In this document: positions 1 to 13,269 of the stretch, piece after piece
Layout: each line of letters opens with the position of its first letter
Numbering within the stretch: position 1 is the stretch's first letter
Translations under genes and position numbers: made by a program
NCBI RefSeq assembly: GCF_963921235.1
Contig: NC_086098.1
Location: 5,022,001 to 5,086,000 of the forward strand
Reading direction: 5' to 3'
DNA length: 64,000 nt
Source: Mobula hypostoma
Taxonomy: Eukaryota
Notes under the pieces: generated by a model
What the model was told of the DNA's origin: nothing
Databases searched by the model: none
The model's input: the letters and a program-made list of their open reading frames with translations, nothing else

Positions 1-1230
1 CTATGGTTCAGAAGGGGAGAAGGGGAGAAGAGGTGAGCTGTAATGTCAGAGGATTTGTTGATTAAGGGAACAGAAAGAAGTTCTGTGAATGAGAACAAGA
101 TTCCAGGATGCTATGTTGCCTCCTGGGTGCCAGGGTCTGGGACATCCTGGATCAAGCCCTCATTTTTGAGAGGGAGGATGAACAGCCAGAAGTAGTGGTC
201 AATGTAGGTGCTAATGACATTGGTAGGAAGAATGACGATGTCCTGCAAAGTGAGTTCAGGGAGCTAGGTGCTCATTTAAAGAACAAGACCTCCAGGGTTG
301 TGATCTCAGGATTGCTACCCATGCTGGTGAGGCCACAAATAGGATGATTATACAGTTTAACATGTGGTTCAGGAGTTGGTGTAGGAGGAAGGAGTTAAGA
401 TTTTTGGATCATTGGACTATCTTCCAGGAAGTTGGGACCTGTACAGAAAGGGACAAATTGCACTTGAACTGGAGGAGGACTGGTATCCTAGCAGGAAGGT
501 TTGAAATGCTGCGGGGGGTGGAAATCAGAGGGCCAGAACAGTTCGTGGAGAGGTTGTGGAGGCAGATGTTGGTAAGAATTCAGACCAAGTCAGGAATGAA
601 AAGGCTGAGCATGATGTGACCAGCGTCCTGAGCTGCGTATATTTCAATGCAAGAAATATCATAGGAAAGGCGGATGAGCTCAGAGCATGGATCAACACAT
701 GGAATTATGATATTGTAGCCATGAGTGAGACTTGGTTGCAGGAGGGGCAGGACTGGCAGCTCAATATTCTGAGGTTCCATTGTTTTAGACACGATAGAGC
801 AGGAGGGAGTAAAGGAGGAGGGTTGGTGTTACTCGTCAGGGAAAGTGTCATGGCAGTCATGACTGGAGACCTCGTATGACCACCTTAATGGGGCTATACT
901 ATAGACCACTCAGAGGTCCAGGGGATTTAATAAAACAAATTCAAATGTTAAAGAGACGTTTGGATAAGTACAGGGATAGTACGATCTGGAGAGTTATGGT
1001 CTGGGTGCAGGTTGATGGGAGCAGGCAGTTTAAATGGTTCAGTATGGACAAGATGGGCTGAAGAGTTTCTATGATGCTATGAGGTCACAGACTGTTGCAA
1101 GAAATATAATGTTGTGATAGTAGATGATTTCAACTTTCCACATATTGACTGGGACTCCTATACTGAAAAAAAGACTTACTGTAGATGGGATACAGTTTGT
1201 CAAATATGTTCGGGAAAGTTTCCTTCCTCT
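1..1230 (+). mobile_element. Degraded CR1 LINE fragment (ORF1 SGNH-esterase part and ORF2 APE endonuclease start)
   Basis: ORF 108-347 (VVVNVGANDIGRK...RVVISGLLP) and ORF 556-879 (YFNARNI...YDIVAMSETWL) match the ORF1 and endonuclease of the better-preserved CR1 at 40-44 kb. Multiple frameshifts. Confidence 0.85.
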
Positions 1231-3152
1231 CATAGAAACATAGAAAACCTACAGCACAATACAGGCCCTTCAGCCCACAAAGCTGTGCCGAACATGTCCT
1301 TACCTTAGAAATTACCTGGGTTACCCATAGCCCTCTATTTTTCTCAGCCCCATGTACCTATCCAGGACAATTTTAAAAGACCCTATCATATCCGCCACAA
1401 TCACCATTGCCAGCAGCCCACTCCATGTACTCACCACTCTCTGCATAAAAAACTTATCCCTAACATCTCCTCTGTACCTGCTTCTAAGCACCTTAAAACT
1501 GTGTCCTCTCGTGTTAGCCATTTCAGCCCAGGGAAAACGCCCTTGACTATCCACACGATCAATGCCTCTCATCATCTTATACACCTCTATCAGGTCAACT
1601 CTCATCCTCCGTCGCTCCAAGGAGAAAAGGCCGAGTTCACTCAATCTATTCTCATAAGGCATGCTCCTCAATCCAGGCAACATCCTTGTAAATCTCCTCT
1701 GCACCCTTTCTATGGTTTCCACATCCTTCCTGTAGTGAGGCGACCAGAACTGAGCACAGTACTCCAAGTGGGGTCTGACCGGGGTCTTATATAGCTGCAA
1801 CATTTGATGAAGGCCAATGCACAGTATGCCTCCTTAACCACAAAGTCAACCTGCCCAGTAGCTTTGAGTGTCCTATGGACTCGGAGCCCAAGATCCCTCT
1901 GATCCTCCACGCTGCCAAGAGTTTTACCATTAATACTATATCCTATCATCATATTTGACCTACAAAAATGAACCACCTCACACTTATCTCAGTTGAACTC
2001 CAACTGCCACTTCTCAGCCCAGTTTTGCATCCTATCAATGTCCCGCTGTAACCTCTGACAGCCCTCCACACTATCCACAACACCTCCAACCTTTGTGTCA
2101 TCAGCAAATTTATTAACTCATCCCTCCACTTCTTCATCCAGGTCATTTATAAAAATCACAAAGAGTAGGGGTCCCAGAACAGATCCCCGAGGTACACCAC
2201 TGGTCATCGACCTCCATACAGAATATGACCCAACTACAACCACTCTTTGCCTTCTATGGGCAAGCCAGTTCTGGATCCACAAAGCAAGGTCCCCTTGGAT
2301 CCCATGCCTCCTTACTTTCTCAATAAGCCTTGCATGGGGTACCTTATCAAATGCCTTGCTGAAATCCATATACACTACATCTACTGCTCTACCATCATCA
2401 ATGTGTTTAGTCACAACCTCAAAAAATTCGATCAGGCTTATAAGGCACGACCTGCCTTTCACAAAGCCACGCTGACTATTCCTAATCATATTATGCCTCT
2501 CCAAATGTTCATAAATCCTGTCTCTTAGGATCTTCTCCATCAACTTACCAACCACTGAAGCAAAACTCCCTGGTCTATAACTTTCTGGGCTACCTCTACT
2601 CCCTTTCTTGAATAATGGAACAACATCCTCAATCTTCCAATCCTCCGGAGCCTCTCCTGTCCTTATTGATGATGCAAAGATCATCGCCAGAGGCCCAGTA
2701 GTATTCTCTCTCACCTCCCACAGTAGCCTGGGGTACATCTCGTCCGGTCCTGGTGACGTATCCAACTTGATGCTTTCCAAAAGGTCCAGCACATCCTCTT
2801 TCTTAATACCTACATGCTCAAGCTTTTCAGTCTGCTGTAAGTCATCCCTACAATCACCAAGATCCTTTTCCATACTGAATACTGAAGCAGAGTACTCATT
2901 ATGTACCTCTGCTGTCTCCTCCAGTTCCATACACACTTTTCCACTGTCATACTCTCACGTCTTATCCTCTTGCACTTAACATACTTGTAGAATGCCTTGG
3001 GGTTTTCTTTAATCCTGCTTGCCAAGGCTTTCTCATGGCCCCTTCTGGCTCTCCTAATTTCTTTCTTGAGCTCCTTCCTGCTAGCTCTCTATCATTACCT
3101 AGCTTTTTGAACTTTTCGTAAGCACTGTTTTTCTTCTCTATTAGATTTGTAT

Positions 3153-3463
3153 TGGCGCGTGGCCAAGTGGTTAAGGCATCGGTCTAGTGATCTGAAATTC
3201 GCTGGTTCGAGCCTCAGCTGAGGCAACGTGTTGTGTCCTTGAGCAAGGCACTTAACCACACATTGCTCTGCGGTGACACCGGTGTCAAGCTGTATTGGCC
3301 CTAATGCCCTTCCCTTGGACAACATTGGTGGCGTGGAGAGGGGGGACTTGCAGCATGGGCAACTGCCGGTCTTCCATACAACCTTGCCCAGGCCTATGAC
3401 CTGGAAACCTTCCAAGGAGCAAATCCATGGTCTCACGAGACTAACGGATGCCTATTATTATTA
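3153..3463 (+). mobile_element. tRNA-derived SINE with CORE-like central domain
   Basis: A-box TGGCCAAGTGG, B-box GGTTCGAGCC, central GTGTCCTTGAGCAAGGCACTTAAC, (TAT)n tail. AGATTT is duplicated on both sides within the host CR1. Confidence 0.85.
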
Positions 3464-3846
3464 CCAGATTTACAACAGCCTTTGTAAACAGCCACTGTTC
3501 CTGTACCCTACCATCCTTTCCCTCTCATTGGAATGTACCTATGCAGAACTCCACGCAAATATCCTCTGAACGTTTGTCACATTTCTTCCATACACTTCCT
3601 TGAGAACATCTGTTTCTAATTTATGCTTCCAAGTTCCTGCCTGATAGCCTCATATTTCCCCTTACTCCAATTAAATGCTTTCCTAACTTGTCTGTTCCTA
3701 TCCCTCTCCAATGCTATGGTAAAGGAGAAAGAGTTGTGATCACCATCTTCAAAATGCTCTCCCACTGAGAGACCTGACACCTGACCAGGTTCATTTCCCA
3801 ATACCAGATCAAGTACAGCCTCTCCTCTTGTAGGCTTATCTACACA

Positions 3847-4174
3847 CAGTCATCCCTTGGTATCCACGGGGAATTGGTTCTGGGACCCCCCGCAGATATC
3901 AAAAAACGTGGATGCTGAAGTCCATTATATAAAATGGCACAGTATTTGCATATAACCTATGCACATCCTCCCGTATACTTTAAATCATCTCTAGATTACT
4001 TATAATACCTAATACAATGTAAATGCTATGTAAATAGTTGTTATACTGTATTGTTTAGGGAATAATGACAAGAAAAAATTCTCAAACAACGAGTGCTAGA
4101 GAGAGGACTTCTGGGTTTTCCCGATCCATGGTTGGTTGAATCCGCGCATGCGGAACCCACGGATAAGGAGGGCC
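3847..4174. mobile_element. Non-autonomous Tc1/mariner (Tigger-type) MITE, MER2-like
   Basis: Left end CAGTCATCCCTTGGTATCC; right end GGATAAGGAGGGCC (TIR truncated). The internal AT-rich body matches my recollection of the MER2 consensus. Confidence 0.85.
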
Positions 4175-4599
4175 TTCTTGAACACACCTAATGAACTCCA
4201 CCCCATCTAAACCCCTCACTCTAGGGACATGCTAATCGATATCTGGGAAATTAAAATCTCCTACCACCACCACCCTGTTATTATTACACCTTACCAGAAT
4301 CTGTCTCCCTATCTGCTCCTCGATGTCCCTGTTACTACTGGTGGAGTATAAAAAACACCCAGTAGAGTTATTGACCCCTTCCTGTTCCTAACTTCCATCC
4401 ACAGAGACTCCGTAAACAATCCCTCCATGTCTTCCTCCTTTTCTGTCGCCATGACACTATCCTGATCCTGATCAACAGTGCCACGCCCCCAACTCTTTTG
4501 CCTCCCTCCCTGTCCTTTCTGAAACATCTAAAACCTGGCACTCGAAGTAACCATTCCTGTCCCTGAGCCACCCAAGTCTCAGAAATTGCCACAACAGTG

Positions 4600-5995
4600 A
4601 TGTTGTTCTGTTGTTTTAGAAAGGCTCTAAAAATAAACCAGGTAGTTATAGGCCTGTGAGCCCGACTTCAGTAGTGGGGAAGTTATAGTAAGGTATTCTA
4701 AGTGACCGGATATATTACTATTTGGTAGGCAGGGGCTGATTAGGGATAGTCAGCAAGGCTTTGTGAGTGCTAGGTCATGTCTAAACAAGTTTAGCGAGAG
4801 TTTTGAGGAAGTTCCCAGGAAACTTGATGAAGGCAAAGTAGTGGATATTCTTTATATGGACTTCAATAAGGCATTTCACAAGGACCCGCAAGGAAGATTG
4901 GTCAAGAAGGTTCAGACGCTTGGCATTCAAGATGAGGTAGTAAATTGGATTAGACATTGGCTTTGTGGGAGAAGCCAGGGAGTGGTAGTAGACGGTTGCC
5001 TCTCTGACTGGAGGCCTGTGACTAGTGGTGTACTACAGGGATCGGTGCTGGGTTTTCTGTCATCTGTATCAATGATCTGGATGATAATTGGATCAGCAAA
5101 TTTGCAGATGACACCAAGATTGCAGGTGTAGTGAACAGTGAAAAAGACTATCAAAACTTGGTGGGATCTGGACCAAATGGAACAATGGGCTAAAAAACAG
5201 CAAATGGAATTTAGTGCAGACACATATGAAGTGTTGCACTTTGGTAGGACATACTGGGGCAAGTCTCACACAGTGAGGGGTGTGGCACTGAGGGGTGTGG
5301 CACTGAGGAGTGTGGCAGAACAAAGAAATCTTGGAATACAGGTCCATAATTTATTGGAAGTAACATCACAGGTAGATAGGGTTGTAAAGAAAGCTTTTTT
5401 AGCACTTCATAGATCAAAGTATAAAGTACAGTAGTTAGTATGTTGAAATTGCATAAACGTTGGTGAAGCCTAATTTCGAGTATAGTGTGCAGTTTTGGTC
5501 ACCTACCTGCAAGAAAGATGTAACTAAGGTTGAAAGGTTACAGAGAAAATTTATAAGAATGTTGCTGGGTCTGGAGGACCTAAGTATAAGGAAAGATTGA
5601 ACAATTTAGGACATTATTCCCTAGAACATAGAAGATTGAGAGGAGATTCCATAGAGGTATATAAAATTATGAGGGGTATGGATAGAGTAAATGCAAGAAA
5701 GCTTTTTCCACTGTGGTTGGATGAGACTACACTAGAGATCATGGGTTAAGGGTGAAAGGTGAAATGTTTAAAAGGAACATGAAGGGTAACTTCTTCACTC
5801 AGAGGGTAGTGAGGGTGTGGAACAACAGTGCAAGTGGTGCATGCAATTTCAATTTCATCTTTTAAGGGAGGTTTGGATAGGTACATGGATGGTAGGGGCA
5901 TAGAGGGCTATGATCCAGCTGTAGATTGATTAGACTGGGCAGTTTCAATGATTTGGCACAAACTAGGGCCTGTTTCTGTGCTGTAGCTTTTTATG
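4600..5995 (+). mobile_element. Older degraded CR1 RT and 3' fragment
   Basis: ORF 4763-5131 (YMDFNKAF...VTSGVLQGSVLG) with many stops. Confidence 0.85.
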
Positions 5996-6729
5996 AATCT
6001 ATTAACAGTTTCTTTCTGAAGCTGCTACCAGACCTACTGGGTGTTTCCAGCATTTTCTGGTTTCGTCTTAAGGCAGAAATAGGTTTTATAGCTGATTTAG
6101 AATTCCTCGTAGGCATACCCCTGTTGAAGGTTCGCGCTGGAAATGCTTGAAAGTTATTGAAGCCGGTGAGGTGTTAGATAAATCTCAAATAGGCTTCGGA
6201 ACATTTTATACTAGTAGGGGCCCTCTTTTTCCAGTTCAGATGCAGAACATGAATCAGAAATATATACAGTGTGTATGTGTATATACACATACACCACATA
6301 CAACCTTGAGATTCATTTTCTTGTGGGCATATTCAGTAAATCCAAGAAGCACAATAGAATCAATGGAAAACGATACCCAACAGTGACGAGATGTCGGTGG
6401 TGGCAGGGTAGTCTTTAGTCTCACAGCCTAGGGAAGAGTCAGTTACCCAGTCTGGCAATGCTAGTCCTGATGCTCCTGTACCTCCTCTCTGACGGCAGTG
6501 GGTCAGAGAGATTGTGGACTGGGTTGTAGGGATCCTCAACACTGCTTCAGGCCCTTCGTCTACAATCTTCCTGGTAAATATCACAAAGAGGGGGCAGGAG
6601 CATGATGAAGCTCTCAGCAGTTTTTACTGTCCTCTGAAGGGACTTGTGGTCCGATGCCTTGCAGCCAGGCAGGCCACTCTCGATGGTGCTCCTGCAGAAA
6701 GTGGTTAGAATGAGGCTCGCACGGCTCAG

Positions 6730-7613
6730 TGAGGGGTAGCTGGTGCTGAGGAAGCAATGTCATTGCAGCAGGACTTAGACAAACTGAAAGAATGGGCAAA
6801 AAAAGTGGCAGATGGAATACAGGGTTAGGAAATATATGATATTGCATTTTGGTAAAAGAACAATAGTGCGGACTATTATCTAAATGGGGTGAAGGCTCAA
6901 ACATCAGAGGTGCAGAGGGACATAGGAGTCCTCATGTAAGACTCCCAGAAAGTTAGTTTACAGGTTGAGTCTGTGGAAAAGAATGCAAAATGTAATATTT
7001 CATGGGGAATAGAATATAAAAGCAAGGAGATAATGCTGTGCCTTTATAAGACACCAGTCAGGCCGCACTTAGAGTATTGTCAACAGATTTGACCTCATAT
7101 CTCAAAGGAGGTATTGTCAATGGAAAGACTCCATAAAAGGTTCACGTGATGATTCCGGGAAAGGGGAAAGAAGGGGTTAACATATGGCAGCTTTGGGCCT
7201 GTACTCACTGGAATTTAGAAGATTACCTGGGGATCTCATTGAAGCCTACCAAATGTTGAAAGGACTAGATAGGGTGATGTGGAGAGGATGATTCCTATGG
7301 TGGGGGTATCCAGAACTAGAGGGCACAGCCTCAAAATTGCGGGGTGACCTTTTAGAACAGAGTTAAGGAGGAATTTTTTTAGCCAGAGAGTATGAATCTG
7401 TGGAATGCCTTGCCACAGACTGTGGTGGAGGCCAAGTCTGTGGATATATTTAAGGCAAAAATCGATCATTTCCTGATTGGAGAGGGCATCAAAGGATATG
7501 GTGAGAAGGCAGGTGTATGGCTTTGATTGGGATCTGGGATCAGCCATGATGGAATGGCAGAGCAGACTTGATGGGCTGAATGGTCTAATTCTGCTCCCTT
7601 ATCTTATGGTCTT
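6730..7613 (+). mobile_element. Degraded CR1 3' fragment with HER1/HE1-like tail
   Basis: Remnants of CR1 C-terminal coding sequence, ending gatcagccatgatggaatggcagagcagacttgatgggctgaatgg...tcttatggtctt. Confidence 0.8.
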
Positions 7614-7614
7614 A

Positions 7615-8118
7615 ACTCCACCATTGAGCACATGTGAATGAAATGTTGCCATAGAAAAGCAGCATGCAGCATCCCCACCACCCAGGGCACGCTCTTTCCT
7701 CGCTGCTGCCATCAGGCAGAAGGTACAGGAGCCTCAGGACTCACACCACCCAGGGCACGCTCTTTCCTCGCTGCTGCCATCAGGCAGAAGGTACAGGAGC
7801 TGCAGGATTCACACCACCAGGTTCAAGAACAGTTACCACCCCCCAACCATCAGGCTCTTGAACAAAAGCAGATACCTATACTCATTTAAAGACTCTTTTA
7901 TCTTGTTATTTCATGTCATTATTTATTGTTATTTATATATATCTGCTTTGCACAGTTTATTTACAGTTTACAGTTCCCGATGTTTACAGTTCACAGATCC
8001 TGTTTACAGTTACTATTCTATAGATTTGCTAAGTATGCCCGCAAAAAAAGAATCTTAGAGTTGTTTGTAGTGACATGTATGTACTCTGATAATAAATTTT
8101 ACTTTGAACTTTGAACTG
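7615..8118 (+). mobile_element. Rex1/Babar-type LINE 3' fragment with internal 68-bp tandem duplication
   Basis: HPHHPGHALSSLLPSGRRYRSLRTHTT motif is shared with 11419-11697 and 34501-34692. The 7676-7743 segment repeats from 7744. Tail ataataaattttactttgaactttgaac. Confidence 0.7.
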
Positions 8119-8169
8119 GCATTGTAAAGTAACACACTAACTGAGGTAGAATACGGAACTTGTTAGCAT

Positions 8170-8590
8170 TGGCAGGTGCTGGAAATCCAGAGCAACATAC
8201 ACACACAATGCTGGAGGAACTCAGCGGGTCAGGCGGCGTCTATGGAAATGAATCCACAGTTGACGTTTTGGGGTGAGACCCTTCGTCAGGACTGAGGAGG
8301 CAGGGAGAAGGGACGAAGCCAGGATAAGAAGATGGGTGCTGGGAAAGCAGGACAAGCTAGCAGGTGATAGGTGAAGCCAGGTGGCTGGAGCATGGGGGTG
8401 AAGCAAGAAGCAAGGAGGTGATAGGTGGAAACGGCAAAGGGCTGAAGAAGGAGCTATCTGATAGGACCATAGGAGAAAGGGAAGGAGAGGTGGCACCAGG
8501 GGGAGGTGATAGTCAGATGGGAAGAGGTAAAACACCAGAGTGGGGAATTGAAGAAGAGGAAAGAGGAGGGAAGGAGGAAGCTGAACCAGA
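8170..8590 (-). mobile_element. Penelope-type terminal (pseudo-LTR/UTR) fragment
   Basis: atgctggaggaactcagc...gacgttt...cccttcgtcaggactg plus a purine-rich tract, as at the ends of the Penelope copies at 28.0 and 46.8 kb. Confidence 0.7.
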
Positions 8591-9020
8591 TAGTCAAGGT
8601 GTATAGAACTGAAAGCTAGACATCTTTCTGAGACTTGTGCTGGCAGAGTTTGATGACCAAACATTGCAGGAAGTTCAGGGAGACTACAAATGTCAGTAAG
8701 GATTGAAAGGGTAGAATGGGCAGTTTCTACACCATGCATCTTTCGTAAATAGCCTTTGTGCTCCTAAAGTATAAAAAGAACTATGTGAAAGATCAGCTGT
8801 AGTCACAAATTTGACTTGAAAAGAAGCATTTCAATTCACTCACCTCAGCAGTCTCTCATAGTGATAGACCTCAAATGATGCCTTTCATCACTTGATGATG
8901 AAACATATCAACTCCTGCCTGAAAAGTGATCTGGATCCACTTAAATTTGCTTTCTGAAGCAACCGGTCCACAGCAGGTTGCATCTCATTGGCTCTTCACT
9001 CAACCCTGGAACAGCTGGAC

Positions 9021-10290
9021 TGGCTTTGTGAAGGTCAGATTGTGTCTAACAAGCCTGATAGAGTTCTTTGAGGAGGTGACCAGGCATATAGATGAGAGTA
9101 GTGCAGTGGATGTGATCTACATGTATTTTAGTAAGGCATTTGACAAGGTTCCACGTGGTAGGCTTATTCAGAAAGTCACAAGGCATGGGATCCGAGGAAG
9201 TTTGGCCAGGAGGATTCAGAATTGGCTTGCCTGCAGAAGGCAGAGGGTCATGGTGGAGGGAGTACATTCAGATTGGAGGATTGTGACTAGTGGTGTCCCA
9301 CAAGGATCTGTTCTGGGACCTCTACTTTTCATGATTTTTATTAACGACCTGGATGTGGGGGTAGAAGGGTGTGTTGGCAAGTTTGCAGAGACACAAAGGT
9401 TGCTGGTGTTGTAGATAGTGTAAACGATTGTCAAAGATTGCAGAGAGACATTGATAGGATGCAAAAGTGGGTTGAGAAGTGGCAGATGGAGTTCAACCTG
9501 GAGAAGTGTGAGGTGGTACACTTTGGAAGGACAAACTCCAAGGCAGAGTACAAAGTACTCTGGCAGGATACTTGGTAGAGTGGAGGAGCAGAGGGATCTG
9601 GGGGTACATGTCCACGGATCCCTGAAAGTTGCCTCACAGGTGGATAGGGTAGTTAAGAAAGCTTATGGGGTGTTAGCTTTCATAAGTCGAGGGATAGAGT
9701 TTAAGAGTCACAATGTAATGATGCAGCTCTATAAAACTCTGGTTAGGCCACACTTGGAGAACTGTGTCCAGTTCTGGTCACCTCACTATAGGAAGGATGT
9801 GGAAGCATTGGAAAGGGTACAGAGGAGATTTACCAGGATGCTGCCTGGTCTAGAGAGTATGCATTATGATCAGAGATTAAGGGAGCTAGGGCTTTACTCT
9901 TTGGAGAGAAGGGGGATGAGAGGAGACATGATAGAGGTATACAAGATATTAAGAGGAATAGATAGAGTGGATAGCCAGCGCCTCTTCCCCAGGGCACCAC
10001 TGCTTAATACAAGGGGACATGGCTTTAAGGTAAGGGGTGGGAAGTTCCAAGGGGGATATTAGAGGAAGATTTTTTACTCAGAGAGTGGTTGGTGCGTGGA
10101 ATGCACTGCCTGAGTCAGTGATGGTAGCAGATACACTAGTGAAGTTTAAGAGACTACTTACTAGACAGGTATATGGAGGAATTTAAGGTGGGGGGGGGGT
10201 TATATGGGAGGCAGGGTTTGAGGGTCAGCACAACGTTGTGGGCCGAAGGACCTGTACTGTGCTGTACTATTCTATGTTCTATGTTCTATG
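9021..10290 (+). mobile_element. 5'-truncated CR1 (subfamily 'A')
   Basis: [23 protein letters not shown] and CVQFWSPHYRKD motifs, with a (TTCTATG)n tail. Confidence 0.95.
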
Positions 10291-10628
10291 AAAGGTGCAT
10301 ACATCAGGATGATCTTTATCGACTACAGCTCACATTCAATATCGTCATCCCCTCAAAACTAATCAATAGGCTCCAAGACCTTGGCTTCAGTACCTCTTTG
10401 TGCAATTGGATCCTCGATTACCTTACTTGCAAACCTCAGTCAGTTTGGATTGGCAACAGCATCTCCTCCACGATCTCCATCAGCACAGGTGCACCACAGG
10501 GCAGTGTGCTTAGCCCCCTGCTCTACTTGCTTTACATTTATGACTGTGTGGCCAAGCACAGCTCCAATGCCATATTCAAGTTTGCTGGTGACACCACTGC
10601 TGTAGGCCAAATCAAAGATGGTGATGAA

Positions 10629-11228
10629 TCACAAACAAGAGAAAATCTGCAGAGGCGGGAAATCCAGAGCAACACACACACAATGCTGGAAGAACTCAGT
10701 AGGCCAGGCAGCATCCATGAAAAAGAGGAAACAGTCAATGTTTCAGGCCATGACCCTTCATCAGAACTGGAGGGAAAAGATGAGAAGCCAGAGTAAGAAG
10801 GTGAGGGGAGGGGAGGAAGAAACACAAGGTAGCAGGCGGTAGTTGAAACCAGGAGGGGGAGGCGTGAAGTAAAGAGATGGGAAGTCGATTGGTGAAAGAG
10901 TGAAAGGGCTGGAGATGGGAGACATCTAATAGGAAGGATAGAAGGCCGTGGAGGAGAGGGAAGGGGAGGAGCACCAGAGGGTGGTGATGGGCAGATGAGA
11001 GGGAGAAATGGGAATGGGGAATGGTGAAGGAGAAGGGGGGGGGGGGCATAGCCAGAAGTTCTCGAAATCAATGTACATGCTATCAGGTTGGAAGCTACCC
11101 AGACAGAACATGAGATGTTGCTCCTCCAACCTGGGTGTGGCCTTATCGTAGCAGTAGAGGAGGCCGTTGACTGACATGTCAGAATGGGAATGCAAAGTGG
11201 AATTAAACGGTGTCTACTGGGAGATCGC
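10629..11228 (-). mobile_element. Penelope fragment (GIY-YIG C-terminus and UTR)
   Basis: ORF 10926-11195 (GLLYCYDKATPRLEEQHLMFCLGSFQP) is homologous to the C-terminus of 47160-47891. Confidence 0.8.
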
Positions 11229-12249
11229 GCAACATCAAATTCATCGGTGTTAATATTTTGGATGACGTGTCCTGGGCCCAGCACCTAAGTGCATTTATGA
11301 AGAAAACACGGCAATGCCCGACTTCCTTAGGAGTTGGTGGAGATTCCGCATGACATCTAAAATTTTGACAAACTTTTATAGATGTGGAGTGTAGTGACTG
11401 GCTGCATCACAGCCTGGTATGGAAACACCAATGCCCTTGAATGGAAAATCCTACATAGTGGATGTGGCCCCGTCCATCATGGCTAAAGCCTTCCCAACCA
11501 CTGAGCACATCTACATGAAGTGTTGTCGCAGGAAATCAGTATCCATCATCAGGGACCCCCACTACCCAGGCAATGCTCTCTTCTCACTGCTGCCATCAGG
11601 AAGAAGGTACAGCAGCCTTAGAACCCACACCACCAGGTTCAGGAACAGTTACTACTCTTCAACATTCAGGCTTCTAAACCAAAAGGGGATAACTTGACTC
11701 AACTTCACTTTCCCCATCATTGAAATGTTCCCACAGCCTATGGACTCATTTTCAAGGAATTTTCATCTCATGTTCTCAATATTTATTGCTTAGTTTTTTA
11801 TTATTATTATTTCTTTCTTTTTGCATTTGCACAATCTGGTTGAATGCCCTCGCTGGTGCGGTCTTTCATTGATTCTGTTATGGTTATTATTCTATTAAAG
11901 ATTTGTTGAGTATGCCCACAAAAAATGAATCTCTGGGTTGTAGATGGTGACAGATATGTAAATTGATAATAAATTTCCTTTAAACTTTTAAAATAAAAGC
12001 TCTATGCTATCTCCTCCCTCTCATCCCAGCCATCCCTCTGAGAACTCACTGACACACTCCACTTTGCATTAGAACAATACTGAGAAGTAAACCCTCCTCC
12101 TCAGTTTAATTAACAAAGACTCATCATCCAGTCTATTGGATCCATCTGAATATCAAATATACTGGACTGTTATTTTACAGAAAATGAAGCCATTGTAAGA
12201 GAAAATTTTATCAATTACATTAGACTACCCTGTTGTATAAAAGGGGAAA

Positions 12250-12532
12250 ATGAGCTTCATTTGTCACAGGTACAAGGAAACATACAGTGGAATGCATTGT
12301 TTGTGTCAAATCAATTAATCGAGTGTTGTGCTGGTGGCAGCCAGCAAGTGTCACTATGCTTTCGGCATTAACATAGCATACCCCACAACTCACTAACTCC
12401 GACACGCACAATGTGGGAGGAAATTGGAAAAAACCCACCCGGTTACGGGAAGAACGGACAGGCAGTGGTGGGTATTGAATCCCCATCGATAATGGCTGGC
12501 ACTATAATGCACAGTGCCAACCACGTCACTCC
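12250..12532 (-). mobile_element. Degraded tRNA-derived V-SINE-like element
   Basis: Minus strand shows a tRNA-like head (ggattcaatacccacc), a V-domain remnant (gttcttcccgtaaccgggtggg...tttcctcccacat) and a tail also seen near 37.2 and 56.9 kb. Confidence 0.55.
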
Positions 12533-13269
12533 CATGTAATGTCACGGTAGAATATCAAATCATACTCACATTAGCTGCAGAATTTCAGAATAGTAGGGAG
12601 ATCAGCAGATTATTCCACATTAGAGGTCACAAGTGGCGAGGCAGGGGGCGGGCCATGTTCTTTCAGTCGGGATGTAGTCATTCAATCTGTATTTTCTTCA
12701 TGCGTATTCATCAGCTGTTACTCATAGCTTCTGTGCCTGCAGCTTTTGTTTCTTTGCATAGAAGCCAGTTTCTCAGTGGCGGGATTCTTATTTTCTACAC
12801 AGCCTCGTCTCAGAAACCATGAAAAGAGAGCTTCTGTCAGAACAATCACTGGATTAGAAAATCATTACCTCTCATGACGATGTCTTTACTACCCAACAGA
12901 TTCAAGGATGAGCTGTCGCCTCTACTGCTTTGGACTTCCAGTGTCCTGAGACATTTTCTAACAAAACTTCTTTGATCTTAAATTATTAATGTTGAAATTC
13001 AAAGTTGTGAAATGGAAATGAATTCCTGAGTTCCATTGGGAAATCAGTAGGTTATTGGTCTTCAATTCAGTTTCTTGATAAGGCACTTATTAATCTAAAA
13101 CATTAAATTAACTTTTATTTATTGAATTACTCAATTAAAAAATTTCATTTTCTTGTTCATGCTTAATTGTCCTTGAGAATTATTGATAAGATGCCTTCTT
13201 GAACAAAGAACTTAGAATATTACAGCACAGTATAGATACTTCAGTCCACGTTGTTTTGCAAACCTTTTT

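Larger units (their letters stand above)
1231..4597 (-). mobile_element. CR1 LINE (subfamily 'C'), frameshifted ORF2 with endonuclease and RT, 3' tail at left
   Basis: ORFs 1321-1803 and 2118-2936 carry [27 protein letters not shown] and LEYCAQFWSPHY. (CATAGAAA)2 tail at ~1231. Interrupted by a SINE and a MITE. Confidence 0.95.
8890..11990 (+). mobile_element. Rex1/Babar-type LINE RT, split by CR1 and Penelope insertions
   Basis: KHINSCLKSDLDPL at ~8900 resumes at ~10290 with [10 protein letters not shown]...[15 protein letters not shown]...FKFAGDT, then LLPSGRRYSSLRTHTTRFRNSYY. Confidence 0.8.

Noticed and set aside
3153..3225. tRNA gene (also at ~45345-45413)
   Set aside because: The A/B boxes continue into a SINE body with target-site duplications, and there is no complete cloverleaf or terminator.
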